Shown: piece after piece, positions 17,869 to 26,627 of the stretch
How positions within the stretch are numbered: position 1 is the first letter of the stretch
Layout: every line of letters starts with the position of its first letter
NCBI GenBank assembly: GCA_028681575.1
Contig: JAQUHX010000003.1
Location: 1 to 61,189 of the forward strand
Length of the DNA stretch: 61,189 nt
Direction: 5' to 3'
Source of the DNA: Patescibacteria group bacterium
Lineage (GTDB): Bacteria > Patescibacteriota > Patescibacteriia > Patescibacteriales > UBA12465
The notes under the pieces: model-generated
Seen by the model: the letters and a program-made list of their open reading frames with translations, nothing else
Told to the model about the DNA's origin: nothing
The model's database searches: none
Program-made: the position numbers and the translations under genes

Positions 17869-18300
17869 TTAAAAGTCTTTAACCGCTACTTCCAAAATTT
17901 CATAATTATTTTTTTGAATATTAATCACCGTACCCTTGGCTTTTCCCAAGAGCTTCTTTCCGAGAGGGGCCTCAACATTGACAACACCAGGAAAGCAAGC
18001 GATTCCTTCAAGTCGAAAACTATGAGCTGCCCCATTAATCCTCACGGTAACCGTGGAGCCGATTTGAACAAGCCCATTATCCTTAGGCCCAGCCACGACT
18101 TTTGCCGATCTTAGATCAGCCTTAGCTTTTTTCAGGGCCCGCTGAAGAATTTTTTCTTCTTGAATTTCCAGGCTAGTATCTACCCCCAAGAAGGAATCTT
18201 CACGAGCCATTTTTTGTATTAGCCGAATTTTTTGCTCAAAACTCGTAACTCTTGCCTGAAGGGCTAGATAATAATTTTTTGAAACTTTCTTTTCTTCCAT
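17869..18300 (-). CDS. greA: GreA/GreB-family transcription elongation factor
   Basis: Coiled-coil N-half and C-terminal domain IGSTVTVRINGAAHSFRLEG....EAPLGKKLLGKAKGTVINI, typical of GreA. The start is taken at the ATG at 18300-18298 (MEEKK...); the track ORF extends to 18360. Confidence 0.75.
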   Translation of the reverse strand: MEEKKVSKNYYLALQARVTSFEQKIRLIQKMAREDSFLGVDTSLEIQEEKILQRALKKAKADLRSAKVVAGPKDNGLVQIGSTVTVRINGAAHSFRLEGIACFPGVVNVEAPLGKKLLGKAKGTVINIQKNNYEILEVAVKDF

Positions 18301-18488
18301 CTTTTGCTTTTTTGTTAAAAATCTAAAAACAAATTTAACTCTTTTATGATTTTTTGTCAATAGCTAAGATTGTCTCCTGCTCAACCGTATCTTAATATAT
18401 CCAGTCGAAGGCTATTAAGCATTCTCCCGCACCAAACAAAAAAACGGAGATAAGACCCCGTTTTGTTAAGAAAAGCTTACTTTAAAAC

Positions 18489-18818
18489 TTAAATCCAAGC
18501 GGCCAAGTCAGCCTTAAGACTGTCTTTCGAACGCAAACCAACAAACTCAGCAGCAACCTCACCCTTTTTAAAAAGTTTTAAGTTGGGGATGCTCTGAATC
18601 TGGTATTCCATCGCCAGGCTTTGATTTTCTGGTTCTTCGGTGTTGACTTTAACAACTTTTAAACGACCCTCTAAATCGCTAGCTAATTCGTCCAAAGTTG
18701 GGCTCATTAAACGGCAAGGCATACACCAGGGCGCCCAAAAATCCACTAAAACAGGTTGTTCTGACTCAAGAACTTCCCCAGAAAATTGATTTTTATTAAT
18801 TTCTAAAACGTTAGACAT
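18489..18818 (-). CDS. trxA: thioredoxin
   Basis: 109 aa, VLVDFWAPWCMPCR active site (WCxPC) and IQSIPNLKLFKKGE. Confidence 0.95.
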   Translation of the reverse strand: MSNVLEINKNQFSGEVLESEQPVLVDFWAPWCMPCRLMSPTLDELASDLEGRLKVVKVNTEEPENQSLAMEYQIQSIPNLKLFKKGEVAAEFVGLRSKDSLKADLAAWI

Positions 18819-18824
18819 AAATTT

Positions 18825-19061
18825 TTATTTAACAATTTCTTTTAAAATCTTATTAAGTTTAGCTTGTTTAACTGGTTGCCTGCTCAAGCAAGGCAAAGCC
18901 TCATCACTTAAAACTTTCACCAACAAAGCATCGAGAGCTGCTCGAGCAGCCTTAAGCTGTGTAACAACCTCGAAACAATCATCTTTAGAGGCGGTTAGTA
19001 AATGTTTAATTCCATTTAACTGCCCAATAATATTGTTAATTCTTTGCTCATTAGTTTTCAT
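18825..19061 (-). CDS. CsoR/RcnR/FrmR-family (DUF156) metal- or thiol-sensing transcriptional repressor
   Basis: 78 aa. The INNIIGQLNGIKHLL helix and Cys in DDCFEV and LPCLS about 29 residues apart match the family layout. There is no His at the Cu-ligand position. Confidence 0.7.
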   Translation of the reverse strand: MKTNEQRINNIIGQLNGIKHLLTASKDDCFEVVTQLKAARAALDALLVKVLSDEALPCLSRQPVKQAKLNKILKEIVK

Positions 19062-19093
19062 ACGCTTCTAGTATAGCACACCCTACGGGGGTG

Positions 19094-19801
19094 TCAAGAG
19101 CTCTCCTTGGCAGGGCGCCAAACGAGCCAGTGATTATCCAAATCACTAAACAAGTCGTAGTCTTTACGACTAACACCCAAGCGTTTTAAAAGTCCTCTAA
19201 TCTCCGAACGAGAAAAAGCATGATAGTAGCGTTGGGCGACAACTTCTCCTTGTTGGTTTTTCCAAGGAAAAAGCAAATCCTTAAAAGATAAACGCTGGCC
19301 AAGCAAACGAGGTCGACGCCAAAAATGATGCCAAAGTTGCCGTCTTCTTTCTGCCCGCCCCCAAAAATTCCAAACACTAACTATTACTAAGCCTCCAGGA
19401 AGAGTAGCTTGAGCCATTTTTTCCAAAGACTCTAAACGACTTTTTAAATCAGGTAGATGATGCCAAGCCGCCAAGCTAACAACAACAGAAAACCGTCCCC
19501 ACTGATTAGCTTCTAAAAAACCCCCTTTAAGAAAACGATGTTTTGGGTAACTCGATTTTGCAATTGCTAATAATTCTGAGCTTGGGTCAACTCCCAGGTA
19601 ATCTAAATTGGCTGGTAAATAGGGTATTAGGCGTCCTGTGCCACAACCAAGATCTAATACGCTTCCGTTTTTCGGAAAAAACTTTAAAAATGGTTTAATT
19701 TTTGGACCAGCGCCTCGCTGACGAGTAGCAGCAAATTCTGGAGCAATCTTTTTATACCCTTCATAAACAATTTTTTGAAGTTCTGTTTGCAACTCAGTCA
19801 T
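19094..19801 (-). CDS. class I SAM-dependent methyltransferase
   Basis: 235 aa, SAM motif I VLDLGCGTGR and post-I LDYLGVDPS. Confidence 0.8.
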   Translation of the reverse strand: MTELQTELQKIVYEGYKKIAPEFAATRQRGAGPKIKPFLKFFPKNGSVLDLGCGTGRLIPYLPANLDYLGVDPSSELLAIAKSSYPKHRFLKGGFLEANQWGRFSVVVSLAAWHHLPDLKSRLESLEKMAQATLPGGLVIVSVWNFWGRAERRRQLWHHFWRRPRLLGQRLSFKDLLFPWKNQQGEVVAQRYYHAFSRSEIRGLLKRLGVSRKDYDLFSDLDNHWLVWRPAKESS

Positions 19802-19803
19802 AA

Positions 19804-21582
19804 TTATTTTAAATATTCTCGTTTTCGATAATCAGCTCCCCCTTTAGCTAGATGACGCGACGCTTTTAAACAATTATCACAATGACCACACTCTTTACCA
19901 TCTAAAACACCAAAATATTTGAGAATATACTGTTCGCGACAACCCAACTGATAAACATACTGTTCCATTTCATCTAATTTTTCATAGGCGCGAGCCGCCT
20001 TTTCCTTTAAAACTTTAAAATTTAAATTCAAATCTTCACCGCGAACCTTCTTTAAAATCTTAATTTCTGTGCCGCGAAAGGGGGGCCGATATTCTAATAA
20101 CTCTTGTTCGGCTAATTTTTTTATTGTTCGGCTTAAAGACTCTTTTTTTAAGCCAATAATAGCAGCCGTTTCTTCCAAATTAAAGTCCCAACCCTTTTTT
20201 AATTCAGCTGAAAATTTTTCAAATAAAGAATTAATCACCTCAATCTGGGTTTTAGCGCGCCTACTAACAGAATTTAATAAAGTGTCGTAATCAGCCTTAG
20301 CCTTTAAGAAGCCATTACTAGTTTTTTCGTTTGGGCGAGACAAATAACCATCTTTTTCTAGAATTTTTAAAGCCGTTCCGACTGCCATCTCGGGAACGCT
20401 TTCTGATAGATTTTGAATAATTTCAGAATAAGTAACCAGAACCGTATCTTCACCAATCTCCTCATTGCTATTAGACCATAGCCTTAATAAATCATAAACC
20501 TCGCGAATGATATGCGGTTCTGGGTTATCACCCTTAATAAAAAATTCCCGCAGATAACGATCCTGAGGAGCATAAAACAATAAACAAAAACTAGGGAGTC
20601 CATCACGACCAGCTCGTCCAGCTTCTTGATAATAAGCTTCAATTGTCCCGGGAAGATCATAATGAATAACAAAACGAATATTTTTTTTATTAACCCCTAA
20701 ACCAAAAGCATTAGTTGCAATAACTACGCGCGCTTGACCATTCATAAAACTATCTTGCACCCAAGATCGACTACTTGCATCTAACCCGGCATGATAAACC
20801 ACCGCCTCCACACCTTGCTCAACTAATAAGGTGGCCAGCTCATCAGCTTTAGCTCGGGTGCCAGTATAAATAATCCCACAACCTAATTTTTCATCACTCA
20901 CCGCATCAACAATATACTGAATTTTTTGACTATTACTTGCCTGAACAACCGCAAACTGTAAATTTGGACGAGAAAAGCCAGTAATAATTTGAGCTGGGTT
21001 GCTAAGCTGCAGCTGGGCAACGATATCTTCGCGAACCTCTGGGGTTGCAGTAGCCGTTAAGGCAAGTACCGGTGGCCGCCCCACTAACTTAAGCACGTCT
21101 TTTAAGCGTAAATAGCTGGGACGAAAATCATGCCCCCACTGACTGATGCAGTGGGCCTCATCAATAGCAAAAAGAGAGACTTTAACCTTTTTTAAATCAG
21201 CAAGAAAATTTTGATTATAAAAACGCTCCGGCGCTAAATAGACAATCTTATAATGACCGCTAACTACCTTTTCCCAGCGGGCAGCCATTTCAATTGGAGA
21301 AATTGAAGAATTGATAAAAGTTGCCGGAATACCGACCGCCTCCAAAGAATCTACCTGATCTTTCATTAAGGCAATAAGCGGTGAAACAACCAAAGTAAGC
21401 CCATCTAAAACCAAAGCCGGTAGCTGATAAATTAGAGACTTGCCACCACCAGTTGGCAAAATAACAACTGCGTCCTGATTATTTAAAACAGCATCCAAAG
21501 CCTCCTCTTGCCCTGGTCGAAAAGAATCGTAGGAAAAATGGATTTTTAATAAATCTTTAAGTTGTTGTTTTTTTGCAGTCAT
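19804..21582 (-). CDS. recQ: ATP-dependent DNA helicase RecQ
   Basis: 592 aa. FRPGQEEAL, PTGGGKSL (Walker A), DEAHCISQWGHDFRPSY, ALTATA, the Zn-binding region and a C-terminal Cys cluster. Confidence 0.9.
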   Translation of the reverse strand: MTAKKQQLKDLLKIHFSYDSFRPGQEEALDAVLNNQDAVVILPTGGGKSLIYQLPALVLDGLTLVVSPLIALMKDQVDSLEAVGIPATFINSSISPIEMAARWEKVVSGHYKIVYLAPERFYNQNFLADLKKVKVSLFAIDEAHCISQWGHDFRPSYLRLKDVLKLVGRPPVLALTATATPEVREDIVAQLQLSNPAQIITGFSRPNLQFAVVQASNSQKIQYIVDAVSDEKLGCGIIYTGTRAKADELATLLVEQGVEAVVYHAGLDASSRSWVQDSFMNGQARVVIATNAFGLGVNKKNIRFVIHYDLPGTIEAYYQEAGRAGRDGLPSFCLLFYAPQDRYLREFFIKGDNPEPHIIREVYDLLRLWSNSNEEIGEDTVLVTYSEIIQNLSESVPEMAVGTALKILEKDGYLSRPNEKTSNGFLKAKADYDTLLNSVSRRAKTQIEVINSLFEKFSAELKKGWDFNLEETAAIIGLKKESLSRTIKKLAEQELLEYRPPFRGTEIKILKKVRGEDLNLNFKVLKEKAARAYEKLDEMEQYVYQLGCREQYILKYFGVLDGKECGHCDNCLKASRHLAKGGADYRKREYLK

Positions 21583-21585
21583 GGT

Positions 21586-22428
21586 TTATGATTTTTGTTG
21601 TCGGCAGTAGAGGGTTAAAACATTTTTAAATAAAAAGGCAACCGTTAAAGGGCCAACCCCACCAGGAACAGGCGAATAAGCAGAAAGATGTTTATCAGCT
21701 CCACGCGGGTCCAAGTCTCCTTCAACCTTTTCTCCTTTTCTGGTTGTGCTGACATCAATTACCACAGCGCCGGACTTCAGTTTTTTTGAATTAATAAAAT
21801 GTGGTAATCCTAAAGCGCTAACTAAAATATCACAATCTTTAATTTTTTCTATTTCTTCTTTGGTGACTAAAATAATCTGTCTAAATCCCATTCTCTTTAA
21901 AACCTTTTTTAAAGTTTCCCCAAATATTTCAGAATTATATAGAATTCCCAAAACCATCTCCGCACAATCAAGATTTTGACGCTCCAACATTAAAGAGACG
22001 GCTGCCGCTACTGGAGAGATTATTTCTTTGGGGTGATTTTCTAAAAAACCATCAACATCTTTATTTGGATCAAGAACAGCCATAATTTCGTCGGTAGGCA
22101 AATGCTCTGGTAAGGGTAACTGAACCAAGATACCATTAACAGATTTGTCTTGATTTAAAAATTCTAAGACTTCTTTAATCTCTGTTGCGGTAGCCTCGGC
22201 TGGCAAACGATAAGTATGAGTTATTAAGCCCACCCGGCGCGCCTCTCGTTCTTTTATCTTTACATAAAGTTCAGAATCAGAACGCTCGCCCACCAAAACA
22301 ATGCCTAAACTAGGTCGATCTTGATTTCTTTTAAGCAACAAAAAAACTTCTTCGGCAACCGCTGTTTTTATTTCCGCTGCCAAAGCACGGCCATCAATAA
22401 TTTTCGTAATCATAGAGTTAATTACCAA
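21586..22428 (-). CDS. folD: bifunctional methylenetetrahydrofolate dehydrogenase/cyclohydrolase
   Basis: 280 aa. KIIDGRALA, ILVQLPLP, PVPGGVGPLTVA. Confidence 0.95.
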   Translation of the reverse strand: MVINSMITKIIDGRALAAEIKTAVAEEVFLLLKRNQDRPSLGIVLVGERSDSELYVKIKEREARRVGLITHTYRLPAEATATEIKEVLEFLNQDKSVNGILVQLPLPEHLPTDEIMAVLDPNKDVDGFLENHPKEIISPVAAAVSLMLERQNLDCAEMVLGILYNSEIFGETLKKVLKRMGFRQIILVTKEEIEKIKDCDILVSALGLPHFINSKKLKSGAVVIDVSTTRKGEKVEGDLDPRGADKHLSAYSPVPGGVGPLTVAFLFKNVLTLYCRQQKS

Positions 22429-22436
22429 CTTGTTTT

Positions 22437-23681
22437 TTAAAGGCTGGGAATAGGAAACTTTTCACTTAAACTGTTAGTTTCTTTTTTTAATAAGCCGAGA
22501 GTTTTTTCATCGCCACCAGATTTTAGGGCACGATCTATTAAATCAGCAACTAATCTTACTTCATTTTCTTTAAACCCCCTAGTTGTTATTGCTGGCGTCC
22601 CCAGCCTTAATCCCGAGGATTTAAAGGGAGGGTTAGGGTCGTTTGGGATAGTGGAACGAGAAACAGAAATGCCAATTTTTTCCAAAATTTTTTCCGCCTC
22701 ACGACCACTTATTTCTTGAGACCTTAAATCAATAATTAATAAATGGTTATCGGTACCGCCAGAAACTAAGCGATAACCACGCGCCTGTAGTTCAGTGGCC
22801 AAACAGCGAGCATTATCTAAAACCTGCTGACTATAATTTTGCCACTCCGGCTTTAAGGCTTCCAAAAAAGCAGTCGCCTTAGCAGCTATAACATTTTCAT
22901 GGGGACCACCTTGAGTACCCGGAAAAACCGCCCGATCAATTTTTTCGGCATATTTTTCTCGACACATAATTATTGCTCCGCGCGGTCCGCGCAAAGTTTT
23001 ATGAGTAGTCGTAGAAACTACATCAAAATAAGGCACAGGTGAAGCTAATAAGCCAGCCGCAATTAAACCGGCGGTATGAGAAATATCAGCAAAACAATAA
23101 GCGCCAACTTCCTTCGCAATTGCCGCAATTTTTTTCCAATCTAAAGAACGGGAATAAGCGCTAAAACCAGCTACAATCATTTTTGGTTTAACCTCTTTAG
23201 CCAACTCATAAAGAATATCTAAATTAATTTCTTCTGTTTTAGAGTCTACTTCATAAGGAGTAAAATTATAAAGTTTTCCTGAAAAATTTAAGGCATGACC
23301 ATGAGTTAGGTGCCCGCCATGGTCTAATTTTAAAGCTAAAACCTTATCTCCGGGCTCTAAAAAAGCCTGATAAACAGCAGCATTTGCCGGAGAGCCGGAA
23401 AGCGGCTGAACATTAACATGCTCAGCGCCAAATAATTTTTTTGCACGAGCAATTGCCAGTCTTTCAACCTGGTCAATTATTTCGTTACCCCCGTAATAAC
23501 GTTTGCCAGGATACCCTTCGCTATATTTATTTATAAGCGGTGTCGCTAGAGCTTCTAAAACTGCCTCCGAAATATAATTTTCTGAAGCAATTAATTCTAT
23601 CCCTATTTTTTGACGCTTGATTTCTTGTTTCACAAGCGACCAAAGCTCAGGGTCAGCCTTAGCTAAATTTTGATAAACCAT
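22437..23681 (-). CDS. glyA: serine hydroxymethyltransferase
   Basis: 414 aa. LIASENY, NKYSEGYPGKRYYGG and STTTHKTLRGPRG (PLP-lysine motif). Confidence 0.97.
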   Translation of the reverse strand: MVYQNLAKADPELWSLVKQEIKRQKIGIELIASENYISEAVLEALATPLINKYSEGYPGKRYYGGNEIIDQVERLAIARAKKLFGAEHVNVQPLSGSPANAAVYQAFLEPGDKVLALKLDHGGHLTHGHALNFSGKLYNFTPYEVDSKTEEINLDILYELAKEVKPKMIVAGFSAYSRSLDWKKIAAIAKEVGAYCFADISHTAGLIAAGLLASPVPYFDVVSTTTHKTLRGPRGAIIMCREKYAEKIDRAVFPGTQGGPHENVIAAKATAFLEALKPEWQNYSQQVLDNARCLATELQARGYRLVSGGTDNHLLIIDLRSQEISGREAEKILEKIGISVSRSTIPNDPNPPFKSSGLRLGTPAITTRGFKENEVRLVADLIDRALKSGGDEKTLGLLKKETNSLSEKFPIPSL

Positions 23682-23779
23682 GTTTTTGGGTTTTAAACTT
23701 TAAAAAAATTCACCCCAGACATTGTTATAATAAACGAGGGAGTTACTCTTGTCAAAAAGATTAAAATTTTAAAAAACTC

Positions 23780-25435
23780 TTATTTTTTAGGAGTTTTTAA
23801 TTTTTTAACCATATGCGTGCCAGATAAGCGATAACCCTGTTTTCGATAGTAAGCCCTTACTCCAACGCCAGCCGAAACCGCCAACAAATCAGCGTCGGCA
23901 GCAATAGCGATTTTCTCCGCTGTTTTTAACAATTCTTTTCCTAAGCCTTGATGCTGCACCCTGGCTCGCCCACCAACCGGAACTAATTCTCCATAAACAT
24001 GAAGCTCGCGAATCAAAGCTGGAGCAATTTTACTATTAGCGCTCAGCCGCAAACGACAAAAACCATACAGGGTTTGCCTATCTAAACTCTCTGCTTGAAT
24101 AAAATACTCACGGCCAGCTGAAGCCTCATAACTCTTTTGACTAATTTGATAATTTTCTGGATTCTTTAATTCCTTAGCTTCACGACAACGAATACAGCGA
24201 CACTTTACCCCCGCCTGCTGCATTACTTGGCGCAAATTAGTAATTTTATTTCCAGCAATAATGGATTCGCTTGGAATATCCCTAATCAAACGAATAATCC
24301 TAACATATTCAGGAACAACCGCTTTACAGTCAATAATTAATTGACGCAAGGCTTGATCACTATAAGGTTGATATTTTCCATTCAACCACCAATCATAAAG
24401 ACGGCTACCGCGAGTAACTACTGTAGGGTAAAATTTAATTTGATCGGGCTGAAAATTAGAGTCAGTAAACAACAATTTAAACAAAGCTAAATCTTTGGCC
24501 GGATTAGACCCCGGCAAGCCGGGCATAATATGATAAGTAATTTTTAAACCATAATCACGTAAACCTGCAGAAGCTCTAATAATCTCACTAACTCCGTGAC
24601 CGCGGCAATTAAGCCGTAAAATCTCATCATCTGGGGCCTGAACCCCAATCTCTACCCGAGTACAACCAAGTTCGGTCATCTGAACAAGCTCAGCCTCATT
24701 AATATAATCAGGTCGCGTTTCTAAGGTGAGTCCAATAATTTGATAGGCTGCTTTTTCATTTTTACTCTGCTCTATTTTAATAGCTTTTCTGAAAAACTCT
24801 AATGATTTTTTCCGAGAATAAGGGCTAGGCAAACTTTTTAATAACTTAAACCAATCACCACGACTGGCGGCCTGCCATTTTTTTTGTTTTTTAAGTCGAG
24901 CAAAATCATTAGCTGCTCGAAAACAATTTAAAATAAACCAATACTGATAACGATCTGGTAAATAACTCCAAGTACCACCAATCACGATTAACTCTATCTT
25001 AGTTGGATGGTGTCCATTTTCTTCTAAAGATTGTAGACGCAAAAGTGTTTGCCAATAAGGATTAAAATGACAGCGCAAAGCGCGCATTACCGCTGGCTCA
25101 TTAGGTAAATAACTAGTGGGCACGCCTGGCTCATTAGGACAATAAACACAAGAACCTGGACAAGGGTAAGGCTTAGTCAAAACTGCGACTGGTGCAACCC
25201 CAGATAAAGTCCGAACCGAGCGCTTACGTAAAAGTCGTTCAAAACTTTCTTGGTTTAAACGGCGTGGTAAAGATTTTTTCTCTTTCAGCTCTTGATAAAC
25301 TCTGAAAATTTGAGAATTACTAATTGATTTTAATTTATACTGCTTGCAAAAATCCCGCTTTAAAGCCGACAAAGCATCTCGATCTTTTAGATGAGGACCG
25401 TATTTCAAAATTATTTCTTTAATTGCTGCTTCCAT
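23780..25435 (-). CDS. elp3: Elp3-like radical SAM / GNAT acetyltransferase (tRNA U34 modification type)
   Basis: 551 aa. Cys cluster PCPGSCVYCPNEPG (CxxxCxxC) in a radical SAM TIM-barrel-like N-part. The C-terminal GNAT motif is HQGLGKELLKTAEKIA (Q/RxxGxG/A acetyl-CoA site). Overall length and order are as in Elp3. Confidence 0.8.
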   Translation of the reverse strand: MEAAIKEIILKYGPHLKDRDALSALKRDFCKQYKLKSISNSQIFRVYQELKEKKSLPRRLNQESFERLLRKRSVRTLSGVAPVAVLTKPYPCPGSCVYCPNEPGVPTSYLPNEPAVMRALRCHFNPYWQTLLRLQSLEENGHHPTKIELIVIGGTWSYLPDRYQYWFILNCFRAANDFARLKKQKKWQAASRGDWFKLLKSLPSPYSRKKSLEFFRKAIKIEQSKNEKAAYQIIGLTLETRPDYINEAELVQMTELGCTRVEIGVQAPDDEILRLNCRGHGVSEIIRASAGLRDYGLKITYHIMPGLPGSNPAKDLALFKLLFTDSNFQPDQIKFYPTVVTRGSRLYDWWLNGKYQPYSDQALRQLIIDCKAVVPEYVRIIRLIRDIPSESIIAGNKITNLRQVMQQAGVKCRCIRCREAKELKNPENYQISQKSYEASAGREYFIQAESLDRQTLYGFCRLRLSANSKIAPALIRELHVYGELVPVGGRARVQHQGLGKELLKTAEKIAIAADADLLAVSAGVGVRAYYRKQGYRLSGTHMVKKLKTPKK

Positions 25436-25487
25436 ATTTTTGGATTATACTTAAAGTGTTTGATTCTTTAAGTATAATTTATATTTT

Positions 25488-26618
25488 ATGAAAAAACTAT
25501 TTTGGGGCCTACTCCTGGTTTTACCCCTACTTTTAAGCGCCTCCGCGGCACAAGCTTTTTCTTTTGAAACTAAGGATAACTATCGATTACCAAAAGAAGA
25601 GGTTCACGACGGAAACCTTTACGTTGCAGCCGGAATAATAGCTATTGATGGTCAGATAAATGGCGATTTAATTGCTGCAGCGCAAAACTTAAGTGTTGAC
25701 GGAAAAATTGAAGGTGATTTAATTGCTTTTTCTCAAAACTTAATTATCAATGGCGAAGTTACTGGTAGTGTCCGCATTTTTTCCCAAAGCATAAATATTA
25801 ATGGTTTAGTTGGTCGTAACATCAATGCCTTTACCTCAACAATTAGCCTTGGATCTGAATCTGAAGTCGGCTCTGATTTATTAATTTTTGGCGCTTCAGG
25901 AAATTTTAACGGTTTAGTTAACGATAGTTTATATGGCGGTTTAGCACAAGCGAATATTAATGGTAAAGTTGGCCATGATGTTTCTCTAAACCTAGAAAGT
26001 GATTATAATGGCCGTAATTTATTTATTGGCTCCGAGGCTGTTATTGGTGGTGATTTAAAGTATAGTGCTAAAAGTGAAGCGGAAATTCAAAACCCCGAAG
26101 CCGTCTCTGGAAATATTAACTACCAACCACAAATAAAAAAACCTGAAAACTGGAAAAACAAAGCAACGAATCGCTTCTTTCAGTTATCTTCCCTTATCTT
26201 AATTGGCATTATTTTACTAACCCTTAAAAAGAAAAGTTTTGCCAAAACCGCTAAAACAATGGCCGAAAAGCCTTGGCAGACACCGCTAGTTGGTTTGATT
26301 TTTCTTTTAGTAACGCCTATTATTACTCTCCTCCTACTTATCACTGTTATCGGAATACCACTTGCCTTAATAATTATTGCTCTTTATTTGGTTTTATTAA
26401 TAATTTCTATTATTTATTCAGCTTATTACATCGGCCTTCTTTTGGGTAATGGTTTAAATAAAAAACCGATTAACCCTTTTCTTGCTTTAATTTTGGGCCT
26501 AATTATCTTTATCATTTTAATGTCTATTCCTTGGCTAGGCGGACTATCAACCCTTGTCTTTATCCTATTTGGTCTCGGCGCCTCGGTCTTAGAAATTAAA
26601 AATAACTTTGACTTTTAA
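25488..26618 (+). CDS. exported beta-helix-repeat (bactofilin/polymer-forming-like repeats) protein with C-terminal multi-TM anchor
   Basis: 376 aa. Signal peptide ...SASAAQA. Tandem ~19-aa repeats follow (IDGQINGDLIAAAQNLSVDGKIEGDLIAFSQNLIINGEVTGSVRIFSQSININGLVGRNINAF), then about 4 TM helices. Confidence 0.5.
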   Translation: MKKLFWGLLLVLPLLLSASAAQAFSFETKDNYRLPKEEVHDGNLYVAAGIIAIDGQINGDLIAAAQNLSVDGKIEGDLIAFSQNLIINGEVTGSVRIFSQSININGLVGRNINAFTSTISLGSESEVGSDLLIFGASGNFNGLVNDSLYGGLAQANINGKVGHDVSLNLESDYNGRNLFIGSEAVIGGDLKYSAKSEAEIQNPEAVSGNINYQPQIKKPENWKNKATNRFFQLSSLILIGIILLTLKKKSFAKTAKTMAEKPWQTPLVGLIFLLVTPIITLLLLITVIGIPLALIIIALYLVLLIISIIYSAYYIGLLLGNGLNKKPINPFLALILGLIIFIILMSIPWLGGLSTLVFILFGLGASVLEIKNNFDF

Positions 26619-26627
26619 AAAAACCTT

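Noticed and set aside
17554-18114. ORFs 17554-17859 (-) and 17833-18114 (+)
   Set aside because: They are antisense to the thioredoxin-fold gene and to greA respectively, and they run through a strong bidirectional terminator.
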